Shown here piece by piece: positions 34,011 to 34,730 of a stretch of 34,730 nucleotides of DNA. Each line of letters begins with the position of its first letter. The stretch's first letter is position 1. Source of the stretch: a virus (lineage: Duplodnaviria > Caudoviricetes); the IMG/VR virus record IMGVR_UViG_3300050330_000086, positions 1-34,730 of that record, one strand, 5' to 3'. Below the pieces are notes generated by a model that saw only the letters and a list, made by a program, of their open reading frames with translations, was not told where the DNA came from and searched no databases. Both the position numbers and the translations under genes were made by a program.

Positions 34011-34730
34011 GTGACGGCGATCGACAAATGCACCGTCACCGGCCGCATCCTGGCGCCGGACGGCTCGCCCGCCAGGGCGACCGTGATGTTCGCGCTGACC
34101 GGCCGCGACCATGACGGCGACGACGTCGTCCTGCCTGAGCCGGTGACGGTGGCGACCGATGGTGGAGGCAACCTGACCGTCGATCTGTGGCCCAACGCGC
34201 GCGGCCTGGCCGGCACTGCCTATATCGTGGCCGTGTATCTCGGCAGCTCCAGCGGGTCGCATACGGCGTTTCGCATTGTCGTGCCCGATCAGCCGACAGC
34301 CTCGCTCACCGACATCGCCGAGCTGGTGCCGCCGCCCGGCCTCGACGATGCGCGCCGGCAGGTCGTGCTGGCGCGCGGGGCGAGGGACGAGGCGCGCGGG
34401 GCGAGGGACACCACCCAATCCTACCGCGATGACACCAAGGCCCTCCACGACGCTGTGATGCCGCTGGCCGATGCGGTCGCGACCGTCTCCGACAACGTCG
34501 GCGCCGTGTACACGGTGGCGGCCGCCAGGGAGGATATCGGCACGGTGGCCGGGCTGGCCGACGAGATCGCGGCGCTTGTCGCGATCGCGCTCGACATCGA
34601 GACGACGGCGGCCAATATCGAGGCGATCCGCGACGTGCTGGCGGCCGCTCAGACGGTCACCGACGTGCTGGCCGGCGCCGCCAAGCTGACCGGCGGCAAC
34701 GCATTTTCCGGTAACCAGACTATTGGCGGC
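34011..34730 (+). CDS. second tail fibre/spike protein (partial, runs off the window)
   Basis: Translated by hand from GTG 34011: CTVTGRILAPDG...LTVDLWPN anchor, coiled coil, then AKLTGGNAFSGNQTI fibre repeat; 240 codons without a stop. Confidence 0.8.
   Translation, partial: MTAIDKCTVTGRILAPDGSPARATVMFALTGRDHDGDDVVLPEPVTVATDGGGNLTVDLWPNARGLAGTAYIVAVYLGSSSGSHTAFRIVVPDQPTASLTDIAELVPPPGLDDARRQVVLARGARDEARGARDTTQSYRDDTKALHDAVMPLADAVATVSDNVGAVYTVAAAREDIGTVAGLADEIAALVAIALDIETTAANIEAIRDVLAAAQTVTDVLAGAAKLTGGNAFSGNQTIGG
34370..34409 (+). repeat. 19-bp direct repeat at 21-nt period (ARGARDE/ARGARDT heptad duplication)
   Basis: GGCGCGCGGGGCGAGGGAC at 34370 and 34391. Confidence 0.8.

Larger units (their letters stand above)
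1..34730 (+). mobile_element. Mu-like transposable prophage/phage (partial; both ends lie outside the window)
   Basis: MuA DDE transposase + MuB ATPase, DUF3164, GemA/gp16, Mor/C-like activator, and Mu gp26-gp37-type packaging/head genes in Mu order, followed by a contractile-tail baseplate. Confidence 0.96.

Noticed and set aside
1-34730. CRISPR array, Mu end repeats (TG...CA), invertible G segment, mom gene
   Set aside because: No regularly spaced repeats, invertase or terminal MuA-binding arrays detected; the phage ends lie outside the window

Overview
The whole window is the interior of a GC-rich (roughly 65-70% by eye) Mu-like transposable (pro)phage, most likely from an alphaproteobacterial host. 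Neither phage end is in view: no repressor/ner on the left, and no sheath, tube, tape measure or right end. Almost all genes are on the + strand and translationally coupled. The order is: early region (small membrane ORFs, one antisense low-GC gene, a GcrA/Myb-like HTH protein, ParB-like protein, MuA DDE transposase, MuB AAA ATPase, DUF3164, accessory ORFs, GemA/gp16, MT-A70 adenine methyltransferase, Mor/C-like late activator); lysis (GH108 endolysin, holins, TraR/DksA zinc finger); packaging and head (gp26/27/28/29, MuF, protease I with nested scaffold, capsid T, gp35/36/G/37); then a P2-type baseplate (V, W, J, I) and two tail fibre modules. The most notable observations are five. (1) MuF has a BECR-like C-terminal extension followed by a compact structured RNA-like element rather than an immunity ORF. 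(2) A G11 tract in a leader peptide sets the reading frame relative to the MT-A70 methylase. (3) A G7 frameshift fuses a small ORF to the TraR/DksA gene. (4) Two copies of a 22-bp palindrome plus an identically spaced CAATGTGC box precede the lysis and head operons. (5) A cluster of strong hairpins lies in the early region. Family assignments come from motif recognition and synteny, not database searches.
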